64,000 nucleotides of DNA from Oscillospiraceae bacterium (GTDB lineage Bacteria > Bacillota > Clostridia > Oscillospirales > Ruminococcaceae). The notes beneath the pieces are model-generated. The model searched no databases. It was not told the DNA's origin and was given only the letters and a program-made list of their open reading frames with translations. The stretch's first letter is position 1. Each line of letters starts with the position of its first letter. The stretch spans positions 13,776 to 77,775 of the forward strand of contig JAZNTW010000013.1 in the NCBI GenBank assembly GCA_045591925.1, in the 5' to 3' direction. Of the stretch, positions 55,399-63,463 are shown in pieces. The position numbers and the translations under genes are program-made.

Positions 55399-55452
55399 GT
55401 TTGAAATGGATATAAAGTGTATCTAAAATATATCTATAAGGAGTTGTGCGGT

Positions 55453-55791
55453 ATGAAAATAGCAATTATTGGCTCACGGGGACTTCATGTGAATGACCTT
55501 GAACGGTATTTGCCGGAGAATGTCACGGAAATCGTCAGCGGAGGAGCAAGGGGCATTGATTCGGATGCGCGGGCATATGCACAGGCACACGGCATTCCGC
55601 TGAAGGAGTTTCTGCCGGATTATGAACGCTTCGGCAGGAGCGCCCCGCTGAAAAGGAATCTGGAGATCATCGCCTATGCCGATGTGGTGCTTGCATTCTG
55701 GGACGGACAGTCCCGCGGTACAAAATATGTGATCGACCACTGCCGGGAACAGCGTGTTCCAGTCAGAGTTTTCGCACCGAGAAAGAAATAG
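55453..55791 (+). CDS. SLOG/DUF2493-like protein
   Basis: IAIIGSRG ... VSGGARGIDSDA ... FWDGQSRGT pattern. Confidence 0.55.
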   Translation: MKIAIIGSRGLHVNDLERYLPENVTEIVSGGARGIDSDARAYAQAHGIPLKEFLPDYERFGRSAPLKRNLEIIAYADVVLAFWDGQSRGTKYVIDHCREQRVPVRVFAPRKK

Positions 55792-55927
55792 TAATAAAGA
55801 AGCCATGCAGCAAATTGTGAACATTCTGATACTAAGTCAGGTGTTCTGCCGCAGGCTTCTTTTTTACACTCGTATTATGCACAATCAGTGGGGCGGATAT
55901 GCCCCGTACATTCTCCGTTTTACAGTC

Positions 55928-55956
55928 TTGCATTCCGGGGCAAAAGACGGTAATAT
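55928..55956 (+). promoter_or_regulatory. Cassette promoter copy 0
   Basis: -35 TTGCAT, 17-nt spacer, -10 TAATAT; GTACATT box upstream. Drives 56027-57655. Confidence 0.6.
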
Positions 55957-56026
55957 GTGACTACGAAAACGCCGCAGCCCAAGCGCACAGGGCGCAAGGG
56001 GCGGCAGTAAAAACGGAGGTTTTATT

Positions 56027-57013
56027 ATGGAAATCAAGTACAATATCGAAAAGAGTCAGCGCAAAGCACTGGCACAGAAAATCGCAGAGATCATCGGTGC
56101 GGAGGTCGAGTACCTCGGTGTTCCGAGCTGCGCCTACCAGATCGATTTCTTCACGCTGAGCAAGGACGCGGTCCTCAGCTTCACCGACCGCAGCGACACC
56201 GAGATCGTAGAGAAGGTTCTGGACGGGCTTGCCGATGCAGGCTACAACGGCGAGACGATCACTCCGCCGGCAGGAACGGATACCGCAACGGAAGCCGAAG
56301 AAAACTATGTCGAGATCGATGTGACCATTATCTCCGACACCGAGGAGGATACGCCGGACACCGATGAAGAGGTCACCAATGACAATGAGCCGGAGACCGA
56401 AACGGACGGCTTCCCAATTGCGGTAACGGTCGCTCTTCCGCTGGCTGACCACACGGTGCAGAGCCTCACGAACCTCATCTGCATGATCCACGCAAGGGGC
56501 GCACTTCTCAGCAAGGCGACCTGCGGAGCATTCGCCGCCGATAAGAGCCTTGTGGATGAGATTGGCGGACATGAGTTCCGCAGCACTTACGAGCTGATCG
56601 CCTTTATCAGAGAATGGGGTGAGACAAATCCGCCTCTGACCGGCATTTCCTTTGACAGCGACAAGCTCACCTTTGACGGCTTCGGTGAGGCGCAGGATGC
56701 CGACCATGTACAGACCTTCATGAAGCTCGCCGGCGCGATGAATCGTATGGCGCTTACGCAGAAGCGTGTGCAGGCAAAGGATGTGGACGATAGCAACGAG
56801 AAGTATTCGCTCCGCGTCTGGCTGATCCGCCTTGGACTGAACGGAGCAGACTGCAAGGCAGACCGCAAGCGCCTGATGGAGAACCTTTCCGGGCATTCGG
56901 CTTTCCGCAACGATGCGGAGCGTGAGCGTTGGGAAGCAAAGCAGAAGGCAAAGCGTGAAGCTGCCAAAGCCGAGCAGAACGAGGAGGACAATGACGATGC
57001 AGTTTCCGAATGA
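56027..57013 (+). CDS. Hypothetical 328-aa protein with acidic middle and conserved C-terminal module
   Basis: ACGGAGG upstream. The C-terminal SLRVWLIRLGLNGADCKADRKRLMENLSGHSAFRN is shared with the amidoligase. Confidence 0.65.
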   Translation: MEIKYNIEKSQRKALAQKIAEIIGAEVEYLGVPSCAYQIDFFTLSKDAVLSFTDRSDTEIVEKVLDGLADAGYNGETITPPAGTDTATEAEENYVEIDVTIISDTEEDTPDTDEEVTNDNEPETETDGFPIAVTVALPLADHTVQSLTNLICMIHARGALLSKATCGAFAADKSLVDEIGGHEFRSTYELIAFIREWGETNPPLTGISFDSDKLTFDGFGEAQDADHVQTFMKLAGAMNRMALTQKRVQAKDVDDSNEKYSLRVWLIRLGLNGADCKADRKRLMENLSGHSAFRNDAERERWEAKQKAKREAAKAEQNEEDNDDAVSE

Positions 57014-57242
57014 ACGACAGCTCCAAGCCCTGCGGGAGCGTTATCCTGCAGGCACACACATCCGCCTGAACCATATGGACGATCCCTATGCACCGGTTCC
57101 GGAAGGAACGATCGGCGAGGTTCAGTACATTGATGACGGGGGCAATATTCACATGATATGGAAGAACGGCAGAACGCTCTCGCTGATCGATGGGGTGGAC
57201 GATTTCACCATTATCACCAATGACAAGGAGGAAGGAAAATGA
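56991..57242 (+). CDS. DUF4314-like small protein
   Basis: GAGGAGGA upstream. YPAGTHIRLNHMDDPYAPVPEGTIGEVQYIDDGGNIHMIW pattern. Confidence 0.55.
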   Translation: MTMQFPNERQLQALRERYPAGTHIRLNHMDDPYAPVPEGTIGEVQYIDDGGNIHMIWKNGRTLSLIDGVDDFTIITNDKEEGK

Positions 57243-57655
57243 TCTACTTAGCCTACGGCTCGAATCTTCACATCGAGCATATGCAGCAGCGCTGCCCCAC
57301 CGCCGAAGTTCTCGGTACGAGCACGCTCCACGGATACCGACTGGTGTTCAACGGCGTGGCGACTATCGAGCCTGACCCCGACCGCAGCGTCCCCGTCCTA
57401 CTCTGGGACATCAAGCCCGCTGATGAGATCCCGCTTGACCGTTACGAGGGGTATCCTCGGCTCTACCGCCGGGATACTGTGCAGGTCGAGCTGGATGGAA
57501 AGACGGTCGATGCGATGGTCTACATCATGAACCCCAAGGGCATCGCACCGCCCAGCCCCTATTATTACGATGTGATCCGCAAGGGCTATAAAATGAATGG
57601 ACTGGACATAGCAGTGCTGGAACAGGCCCGGCAGGAATCCCTGACCAAACGCTGA
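57239..57655 (+). CDS. Gamma-glutamylcyclotransferase (AIG2/GGCT-like), copy 1
   Basis: YLAYGSNL N-terminus, DRYEGYP motif; ATGA overlap. Confidence 0.75.
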   Translation: MIYLAYGSNLHIEHMQQRCPTAEVLGTSTLHGYRLVFNGVATIEPDPDRSVPVLLWDIKPADEIPLDRYEGYPRLYRRDTVQVELDGKTVDAMVYIMNPKGIAPPSPYYYDVIRKGYKMNGLDIAVLEQARQESLTKR

Positions 57656-57750
57656 ACGCGCCACGTTCGCCCGTGTGGGGCTTTATAGGTATCCTTCGAC
57701 ATGTTACCCCGTTTCAGTTTCCGCCCCACACGGCACGTTTTACGGCGAGT
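57656..57750 (+). repeat. GC-rich imperfect palindromic intergenic element, copy 1
   Basis: CCGTGTGGGGC (57671-57681) pairs perfectly with GCCCCACACGG (57723-57733), followed by CACGTTTTACGG. Confidence 0.65.
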
Positions 57751-57808
57751 CATATAATGAACAAATAACGCCGCAGAATCGCCCGATATGATCTCTACAT
57801 TTAGCCGC

Positions 57809-57837
57809 TTGATAACCTCCGCAGGGTATGGTAATAT
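57809..57837 (+). promoter_or_regulatory. Cassette promoter copy 1
   Basis: -35 TTGATA, 17 nt, -10 TAATAT; CTACATTTAGCCGC immediately upstream. Confidence 0.65.
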
Positions 57838-57889
57838 GTCACACAACGGTAGGCGGATGCCCGCTAAACACCTGAACGGAGGAGATTAC

Positions 57890-58360
57890 ATGAGCAAGAA
57901 AAGATACTACCTCGCATACGGAAGCAATCTGAACCGCAAGCAGATGGAGATGCGATGCCCCGGTGCAAGGGTTGTCGGAACAGCATTGATTGAAGGCTAC
58001 GGGCTGCTGTTCAAGGGCAGCAAGACCGGATTTTACCTGACCATCGAGCCAAAAGCCGACGGTGTTGTTCCGGTCGCAGTCTGGGAGGTCACGGCAGAGC
58101 ATGAGCGAATGCTCGACCGCTACGAGGGCTGCCCTGTCTGCTACTATAAGAAAGAGATCAGCCTTCCGGTGCGCAGAGCGAAAAGCGGCAGGACACTCCA
58201 GACCAACGGCTTTCTGTACATCATGAATGAAAAGCGCCGGCTCGGAGAACCGACACCAAGATATTTCTGGACTTGTGTACAGGGCTACCGGTCATTCGGA
58301 TTCGATCCGGAATTCCTCTACGAAGCCTATGAACGCAGTACGAGGTATCTGTACCGATAA
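57890..58360 (+). CDS. Gamma-glutamylcyclotransferase (AIG2/GGCT-like), copy 2
   Basis: ACGGAGGAG upstream. YLAYGSNL and DRYEGCP. Confidence 0.75.
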   Translation: MSKKRYYLAYGSNLNRKQMEMRCPGARVVGTALIEGYGLLFKGSKTGFYLTIEPKADGVVPVAVWEVTAEHERMLDRYEGCPVCYYKKEISLPVRRAKSGRTLQTNGFLYIMNEKRRLGEPTPRYFWTCVQGYRSFGFDPEFLYEAYERSTRYLYR

Positions 58361-58554
58361 GAAAAGCGGCGGCATGGCGGGGATCGCTCCCCGCTGTCCT
58401 GACCGCTGATTTTATACCTCACTGGGGGCCTCCGAAAATGAGAGATCCTATTCCATTGTATCCAAGTTTACCATAAAAACGCAAGGATATCAAGTATGTA
58501 AAAGTACCAGAGATACGGCAAAAATACACCGAAATGATCTGTACATTTAGCCGC

Positions 58555-58583
58555 TTGATATATCCTCCGAAAGACGGTAATAT
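58555..58583 (+). promoter_or_regulatory. Cassette promoter copy 2
   Basis: -35 TTGATA, 17 nt, -10 TAATAT; GTACATTTAGCCGC upstream. Confidence 0.65.
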
Positions 58584-58637
58584 GTGACACAACGAAAGGC
58601 AGACAGCCTTCCGAAAACCGAAACGGAGGATACAAAA

Positions 58638-59582
58638 ATGACTGAGAAGACCGCACAGCAGATTAACAGAATGAAGGAGCAGACCATCGGGGTTGAGGTT
58701 GAGATGAACAACATCACCCGAAAGGCTGCCGCAAAGCTCGCCGCAGAGTTCTTCGGCACCAACCGCACCGAGTACACAGGCAGCCGCAACGGCTACGAAA
58801 CCTACAGCGCATGGGACGCACAGGGCAGAGAGTGGAAGTTCCAGAAGGACGTCAGCATCGCAGGCCACGACAGCGAAAAGTGCGAACTGGTCACACCGAT
58901 CCTGACCTACACAGACATCGAAACCCTGCAGGAGCTGATCCGCCGCCTTCGCAAGGCGGGCGCAAAGAGCGACTACACAAGAGGATGCGGAGTTCACATT
59001 CACATCGGAGCGCAGGGACACACACCGCAGAGCCTCAGAAACCTCGCCAACATCATGGCAAGCCACGAAACACTGATCGCCGAAGCAATCAAGGTAGACC
59101 ACAGCAGAATGAACCGCTACTGCAGAACGGTCGACCCGAGATTCCTCGACCAGATCAACCGCAAAAAGCCCCGCACGATGGCACAGCTTGCGGACATCTG
59201 GTACGGCGCACAGGGATGCACCTACGGCAGAACCCACCACTACAACGACAGCCGCTACCACATGCTCAACCTCCACGCCACCTTCACAAAGGGCACGGTT
59301 GAGTTCAGACTTTTCCAGTTCGCACCGCCCGCAAACGGCAAGCAGAACGGCCTTCACGCAGGCAAGCTCAAGAGCTACATTCAGCTTTGCCTCGCAATGA
59401 GCCAGATGGCAAAGGACCTCAGAAGCGCAAGCCCCAAGGAACAACAGAAAGAAAACAAGGTTTTCGCAATGAGAACCTGGCTGATGAGAATGGGCTTCAT
59501 TGGCGACGAGTTCGCAACAGCAAGAGAGACCCTTACCGAAAACCTGACGGGAAACGCAGCCTTCCGATTCGGCAGACCTTAA
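58638..59582 (+). CDS. Amidoligase_2-family (glutamine-synthetase-like) enzyme
   Basis: ACGGAGGA upstream. TIGVEVEMNNI start and CGVHIHIG motif are as I recall them for the putative amidoligase family. Confidence 0.65.
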   Translation: MTEKTAQQINRMKEQTIGVEVEMNNITRKAAAKLAAEFFGTNRTEYTGSRNGYETYSAWDAQGREWKFQKDVSIAGHDSEKCELVTPILTYTDIETLQELIRRLRKAGAKSDYTRGCGVHIHIGAQGHTPQSLRNLANIMASHETLIAEAIKVDHSRMNRYCRTVDPRFLDQINRKKPRTMAQLADIWYGAQGCTYGRTHHYNDSRYHMLNLHATFTKGTVEFRLFQFAPPANGKQNGLHAGKLKSYIQLCLAMSQMAKDLRSASPKEQQKENKVFAMRTWLMRMGFIGDEFATARETLTENLTGNAAFRFGRP

Positions 59583-59703
59583 GGTCTGCCCTTCGGGGCG
59601 CAGAAACAAGCGGAACGGCACGGGCGCACACAGCGCCCACGGTCTCGGCTGTCGCCTCGGTCGGTGCTTCTGCTTCGCAGAGGTTGCCACTGGCAACCCG
59701 CAC

Positions 59704-59792
59704 CCCCGTGTGGGGCGGAAGGGGTATCCTCCGATTCGGTATCCCACCTCAGTCAACCGCGCCACACAACGCGACACGGCGCAATCGTGAGC
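59704..59792 (+). repeat. GC-rich imperfect palindromic intergenic element, copy 2 (variant)
   Basis: CGTGTGGGGCGG ... CCGCGCCACACAACG arms. The loop holds a direct GGTATCC repeat. Ends GACACGGCGCAATCGTGAGC. Confidence 0.55.
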
Positions 59793-59854
59793 AAAGCATA
59801 AAATGAACAACAAACCGCGCAGAATCGCCCTGAATGATCTGTACATTTACCGGG

Positions 59855-59883
59855 TTGCTATTTTTCGAGTAAAGAGTTAATAT
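59855..59883 (+). promoter_or_regulatory. Cassette promoter copy 3
   Basis: -35 TTGCTA, 17 nt, -10 TAATAT; GTACATTTACC upstream. Confidence 0.6.
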
Positions 59884-59923
59884 GTCACTACCGAAAGGAA
59901 AACATCGCAAAGGAGTCCTGAAC

Positions 59924-60187
59924 ATGACAAGCAAAGAACATATTGAAAGCCTGCGCCGCCATGGAGTACGCCTGATTGCAAAGGACGGCATGACCAGAGA
60001 AATCCCCGCCGACTTCCTCGAAACCACCACCAAGATGCTGAACGACATCGGAGCAAGGAAGATCACCTACAGCATTGCGGTTCCCGAAACCAACGAGGAG
60101 ATGCTCCTTGCGATCTGGGACTGCGGATACGCAGAATCGGGCAACGCCGATGAGATTCTCAGCCACACCGAGCGAACCGAAGAATGA
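59924..60187 (+). CDS. Hypothetical small protein
   Basis: AAAGGAG upstream; 87 aa. Confidence 0.6.
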   Translation: MTSKEHIESLRRHGVRLIAKDGMTREIPADFLETTTKMLNDIGARKITYSIAVPETNEEMLLAIWDCGYAESGNADEILSHTERTEE

Positions 60188-60238
60188 CAGCCTGCCGCCT
60201 TCGGGCGGCACACCACCAACTACATAGGAGGAATTCAA

Positions 60239-60442
60239 ATGAAAGACCGAGTAAACGAACCACGCAAATGCCCCAAGTGCGGACGCACCTACACCGAGCG
60301 ACCGGCGCTGTCCCGCTACGACAACGATACACTGATCTGCCCCGACTGCGGCACAAGAGAAGCTCTTGAAAGCATGGGCATCAGCATCGAGGAACAGGAT
60401 AAGATCCTCGGAATCATCCACGACAAGTACATTCCCGAATAA
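60239..60442 (+). CDS. Zinc-ribbon small protein
   Basis: TAGGAGGA upstream. CPKCG...CPDCG. Confidence 0.65.
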   Translation: MKDRVNEPRKCPKCGRTYTERPALSRYDNDTLICPDCGTREALESMGISIEEQDKILGIIHDKYIPE

Positions 60443-60533
60443 GGGGCGCACAGCGGGCGGTGTGGGGCTTCACGGCTCTGCGCCGCTTGTTTGTTGGGCG
60501 GATTCCGGGCGCGACACGGCGCGTTTGTGAGCC
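60443..60533 (+). repeat. GC-rich imperfect palindromic intergenic element, copy 3
   Basis: GGCGGTGTGGGGC ... GCGACACGGCGCGTTTGTGAGCC. Confidence 0.55.
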
Positions 60534-60613
60534 TCCTGTGGGGCGTTGGTATATGTACCAGTTATAACGGCGAAAATCGGCGATTCTTCTACGATTTATT
60601 TTGCACATAGGCG

Positions 60614-60642
60614 TGGACTTTTCTCAAAATAAGAGTTAACAT
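60614..60642 (+). promoter_or_regulatory. Cassette promoter copy 4 (variant subfamily)
   Basis: -35 TGGACT, 17 nt, -10 TAACAT. Same context (GGCGTGGACTT...AAGAGTTAA) as copy 7. Confidence 0.5.
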
Positions 60643-60691
60643 ACAGATGCCGAAAGGCACAAAGCACCCACATTTCAAGGAGGATACGAAC

Positions 60692-61042
60692 ATGAGAGAG
60701 AATGCATATTTTGAGGAAATGCGGCACAGGGAGAAGAACAGCGCGGAGACCTACCTTTTCCACCATTACAGCTACAGCCTTGACTACGGCTGCACGGTTT
60801 TTGAGCTTTTCAAGCTGCCGTTTTTCTGCCACATCGAGTTCATCGTGAGCACGCTCCGCAAGGCGGGCATCACCTCGGTGGTCATCACGGAAGCCAACGA
60901 GCATCTGTTCGGCATCCTGAACGAGTTTGCAAGGCTTGGCTGCACCGGCTTTGAGCCGGTAACGATCAGCAGATTCACAACTTGGGATCCGCACTGCCAG
61001 AACGAGCGCGAGCATCGTGACGGCATCCGCATTACACTTTGA
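60692..61042 (+). CDS. Hypothetical protein
   Basis: AAGGAGGA upstream; 116 aa. Confidence 0.6.
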   Translation: MRENAYFEEMRHREKNSAETYLFHHYSYSLDYGCTVFELFKLPFFCHIEFIVSTLRKAGITSVVITEANEHLFGILNEFARLGCTGFEPVTISRFTTWDPHCQNEREHRDGIRITL

Positions 61043-61092
61043 AAGCGATAAGGGGCAGGGCTTCGGTTCTGCCCCACCGAAAGGAGCAGAGC

Positions 61093-61368
61093 ATGAAACG
61101 ATATCCTTGGGATGAATACGCAACAATGCAGGGGCTTTGGGATATCCACTGCATCGGCGCAGGTGCCGCGCTGAAATACGGCGACCATGTGTTTGCGGTA
61201 TCGGATACCTACACCGGCTACGAAGCCGCCGTGTACAAGTTCACCGGCTCGGAGGAGGACGGCGATAAGGACTTCTGGGAGTGCGAGCTGAAACTGCAGG
61301 CCGCCTCTCCGGAGCCGTTCCCCGACGGCGGTCATGCGGTAGAGTGGTGCTTGAAGCAGCTCGGCTGA
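61093..61368 (+). CDS. Hypothetical protein
   Basis: GAAAGGAG upstream; 91 aa. Confidence 0.6.
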   Translation: MKRYPWDEYATMQGLWDIHCIGAGAALKYGDHVFAVSDTYTGYEAAVYKFTGSEEDGDKDFWECELKLQAASPEPFPDGGHAVEWCLKQLG

Positions 61369-61470
61369 CGGCGCACATTTGCACCACGCTGCCCCGTGTG
61401 CGGTTTTCCGGCGGTAAGCGTATTACTTGCCCCCCCGCGGAAAGCCGGCCCACACGGCGCGTTTGTGCGT
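61369..61470 (+). repeat. GC-rich imperfect palindromic intergenic element, copy 4
   Basis: CCGTGTGCGG ... CTTGCCCCCCCGCGGAAAGCCGGCCCACACGGCGCGTTTGTGCG. Confidence 0.65.
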
Positions 61471-61552
61471 GTTCTGACGCATTCTGCGGCAAGGCATAAT
61501 ATGTACAACAAATGGCGCAGATACGCCGATTTTGTTCTGTACATTTAGCCGC

Positions 61553-61581
61553 TTGATATACTCCGCAAGGTATGGTAATAT
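61553..61581 (+). promoter_or_regulatory. Cassette promoter copy 5
   Basis: -35 TTGATA, 17 nt, -10 TAATAT. The 37 nt upstream, up to and including the TTG of the -35 box, are identical to copy 6. Confidence 0.65.
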
Positions 61582-61641
61582 GCTACACAACGGCAAGGGC
61601 GGAACGCCCACCGGAATACAACCAAAACGGAGGATACCACC

Positions 61642-61965
61642 ATGAACCCCTACACGCTGAGAAATCACTTCACCCTGCTCGATTACAACACGGCGATCAG
61701 CCGCGAGGACTTCGAGAACAACTTCTGCAAGACCGCAGAGCGCATCACCTTCACCTTCAACGGCTGGGACGGCAAGAGCTACGATGGCGAGAGCCGCACA
61801 GCCCGCGTCTACCGCACCACGGTCAAGGGCTACGAGGATGTGCGCTTCATCAAGGTCGGCAAGCACCTCTGCTACATTGACGAGGACAGCGAGATCATCG
61901 AAAAGGCGACCGGCGTCGCCCACAAGGAAGCCGAGTGGCTGGTCGAGGTACAGAGACGAGGATAA
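61642..61965 (+). CDS. Hypothetical protein
   Basis: ACGGAGGA upstream; 107 aa. Confidence 0.65.
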   Translation: MNPYTLRNHFTLLDYNTAISREDFENNFCKTAERITFTFNGWDGKSYDGESRTARVYRTTVKGYEDVRFIKVGKHLCYIDEDSEIIEKATGVAHKEAEWLVEVQRRG

Positions 61966-62029
61966 GGCAGAAGGCGGAGCCCTTCCTGCGGGGAGGGCTT
62001 ACCGCAGAAAATATACGGAGGTTTTGAAC

Positions 62030-62413
62030 ATGAGCACGAATTCAAGAATCGGCATCCTGCACGAGGACGGCACCACGGAAACGATCTACTGCCACTGGGA
62101 CGGCTACCCCGAACACCAGATGCCCATCCTTACCGAGCATTACAACACCGCAGAGAAGGTCAAGGCGCTGCTTGCCCTCGGAGACATCAGCATCCTCGGT
62201 GAGCGCCTTGCGCCGGATGCGGACGAGCAGCACAGCTTCGAGAAGCCTGCGGAGGGCGTGACGGTTGCATACCACCGCGACCGCAACGAGCCGATGCAGC
62301 CTGCGGTCACCCACAAGAGCGTTGTTTCGCTGATGAGAGACGACTGGGGCATCCCGTATTACTACCTTTTCGATGAAAGGACGGGACAGTGGATTCCGCC
62401 GACCGAGGGCTGA
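62030..62413 (+). CDS. Hypothetical protein
   Basis: ACGGAGG upstream; 127 aa; internal ATG of track ORF 61784..62413. Confidence 0.65.
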   Translation: MSTNSRIGILHEDGTTETIYCHWDGYPEHQMPILTEHYNTAEKVKALLALGDISILGERLAPDADEQHSFEKPAEGVTVAYHRDRNEPMQPAVTHKSVVSLMRDDWGIPYYYLFDERTGQWIPPTEG

Positions 62414-62437
62414 CAAGTTCAGCCCTGCGGGGCTGAC

Positions 62438-62528
62438 TTGCGCCACGTTCGCCTGTGCGCGGTTTTCCTGCGGTGAGCGATAAACTTGCCCCTGCGGAAA
62501 GCCGCCCCACACGGCGCGTTTGTGCGCC
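62438..62528 (+). repeat. GC-rich imperfect palindromic intergenic element, copy 5
   Basis: TTGCGCCACGTTCGCCTGTGCGCGG ... CTTGCCCCTGCGGAAAGCCGCCCCACACGGCGCGTTTGTGCGCC. Confidence 0.65.
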
Positions 62529-62600
62529 TCCAGTGGGAATGGTGTACTATGTACAATAAATGACGTAGATACGCCGATTTTGTTCTGTACATTTAGCCGC

Positions 62601-62629
62601 TTGCTATTCCGGAAAGATCATGGTAATAT
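62601..62629 (+). promoter_or_regulatory. Cassette promoter copy 6
   Basis: -35 TTGCTA, 17 nt, -10 TAATAT. Confidence 0.65.
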
Positions 62630-62685
62630 GTGACACAACGGAAGGGCAAACGCCCAGCCGAATACAACAACGGAGGTACACCACC

Positions 62686-63051
62686 ATGACCAAGAAAAAA
62701 CTGAACGAGATCAAGACCACCCTGAACTTCCTGCGGAACGGCAGAGCCGCCACCGAGCAGATGACCGAAGAGACCTGCCTTGAGGTCTACGGTATCTCGA
62801 AGGCGCAGGCACTGAAAAACATGGACAGCAGCATCGCCAAATACGAGCGCGAGCTGCAGAGAGCCGAGCATCCGCTGGAGGGCATCGACAAGAAGGTCTA
62901 CGAGATCGCCGCAAAGCACCTGATTCTGGTAGCCGAGCGCGGAGACCTCGAAACCCGCCACTGCGACCGCGAGGACTTCATCGAGGTTTCGGTCTGGGGA
63001 CTGGAAGCAGCCCTGAAAGAAGCCTACGAGGCAGGACGCAAGAGCAAGTAA
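62686..63051 (+). CDS. Hypothetical protein
   Basis: ACGGAGG upstream; 121 aa. Confidence 0.65.
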   Translation: MTKKKLNEIKTTLNFLRNGRAATEQMTEETCLEVYGISKAQALKNMDSSIAKYERELQRAEHPLEGIDKKVYEIAAKHLILVAERGDLETRHCDREDFIEVSVWGLEAALKEAYEAGRKSK

Positions 63052-63113
63052 ACGAACGGAGCAGCGCAGCCCTTCCGCAGGGAGGGGCTGCCAAACCCGA
63101 AGGAGGAGAGAAC

Positions 63114-63293
63114 ATGGATACATACGCACAGCTTGAAATGCTGACCGCAGTCATTGCAAACCTGTCGGTTACGGGAACATGGACGGAGCGAGAAGTGATG
63201 GAAACGCTACTGGATGTCTTTGAGCCGAAGGAGCTTGAACAGCTCGGCTACGGCGACCGTGTGAATGCCTACTTGGAAGAGTACGGCGAATAA
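63114..63293 (+). CDS. Hypothetical small protein (59 aa, below the ORF-track cutoff)
   Basis: AGGAGGAGAGAAC before the ATG at 63114. Reads MDTYAQLEMLTAVIANLSV...EEYGE to TAA at 63291-63293. Confidence 0.55.
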   Translation: MDTYAQLEMLTAVIANLSVTGTWTEREVMETLLDVFEPKELEQLGYGDRVNAYLEEYGE

Positions 63294-63300
63294 CGCCGAC

Positions 63301-63393
63301 ACTTGCGCCACGTTGCCCTGTGTGGGGCTGTGCCGGGAAGATGCGTACAGCTTGCCCCTGCGGAAAGCCGCCTTACACAGCGCGACTGTGCGC
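63301..63393 (+). repeat. GC-rich imperfect palindromic intergenic element, copy 6
   Basis: TGTGTGGGGC (63319-63328) pairs with GCCTTACACA (63370-63379) through two G-T(U) wobbles. Same CTTGCCCCTGCGGAAAGCC core as copy 5. Confidence 0.65.
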
Positions 63394-63463
63394 GACCTGA
63401 ACGATGTACAATTCCGCCTGATTTTCCGCCTCATGTCTGGTACATTTATTTTGCGAAAAGGCG

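Noticed and set aside
57656-63393. Classical integron (attC sites with promoterless cassettes)
   Set aside because: No intI-type tyrosine recombinase or attI/Pc is visible in the window. Every cassette carries its own promoter, unlike integron cassettes. An attC-like recombination role for the palindromes is kept only as one hypothesis in the findings.
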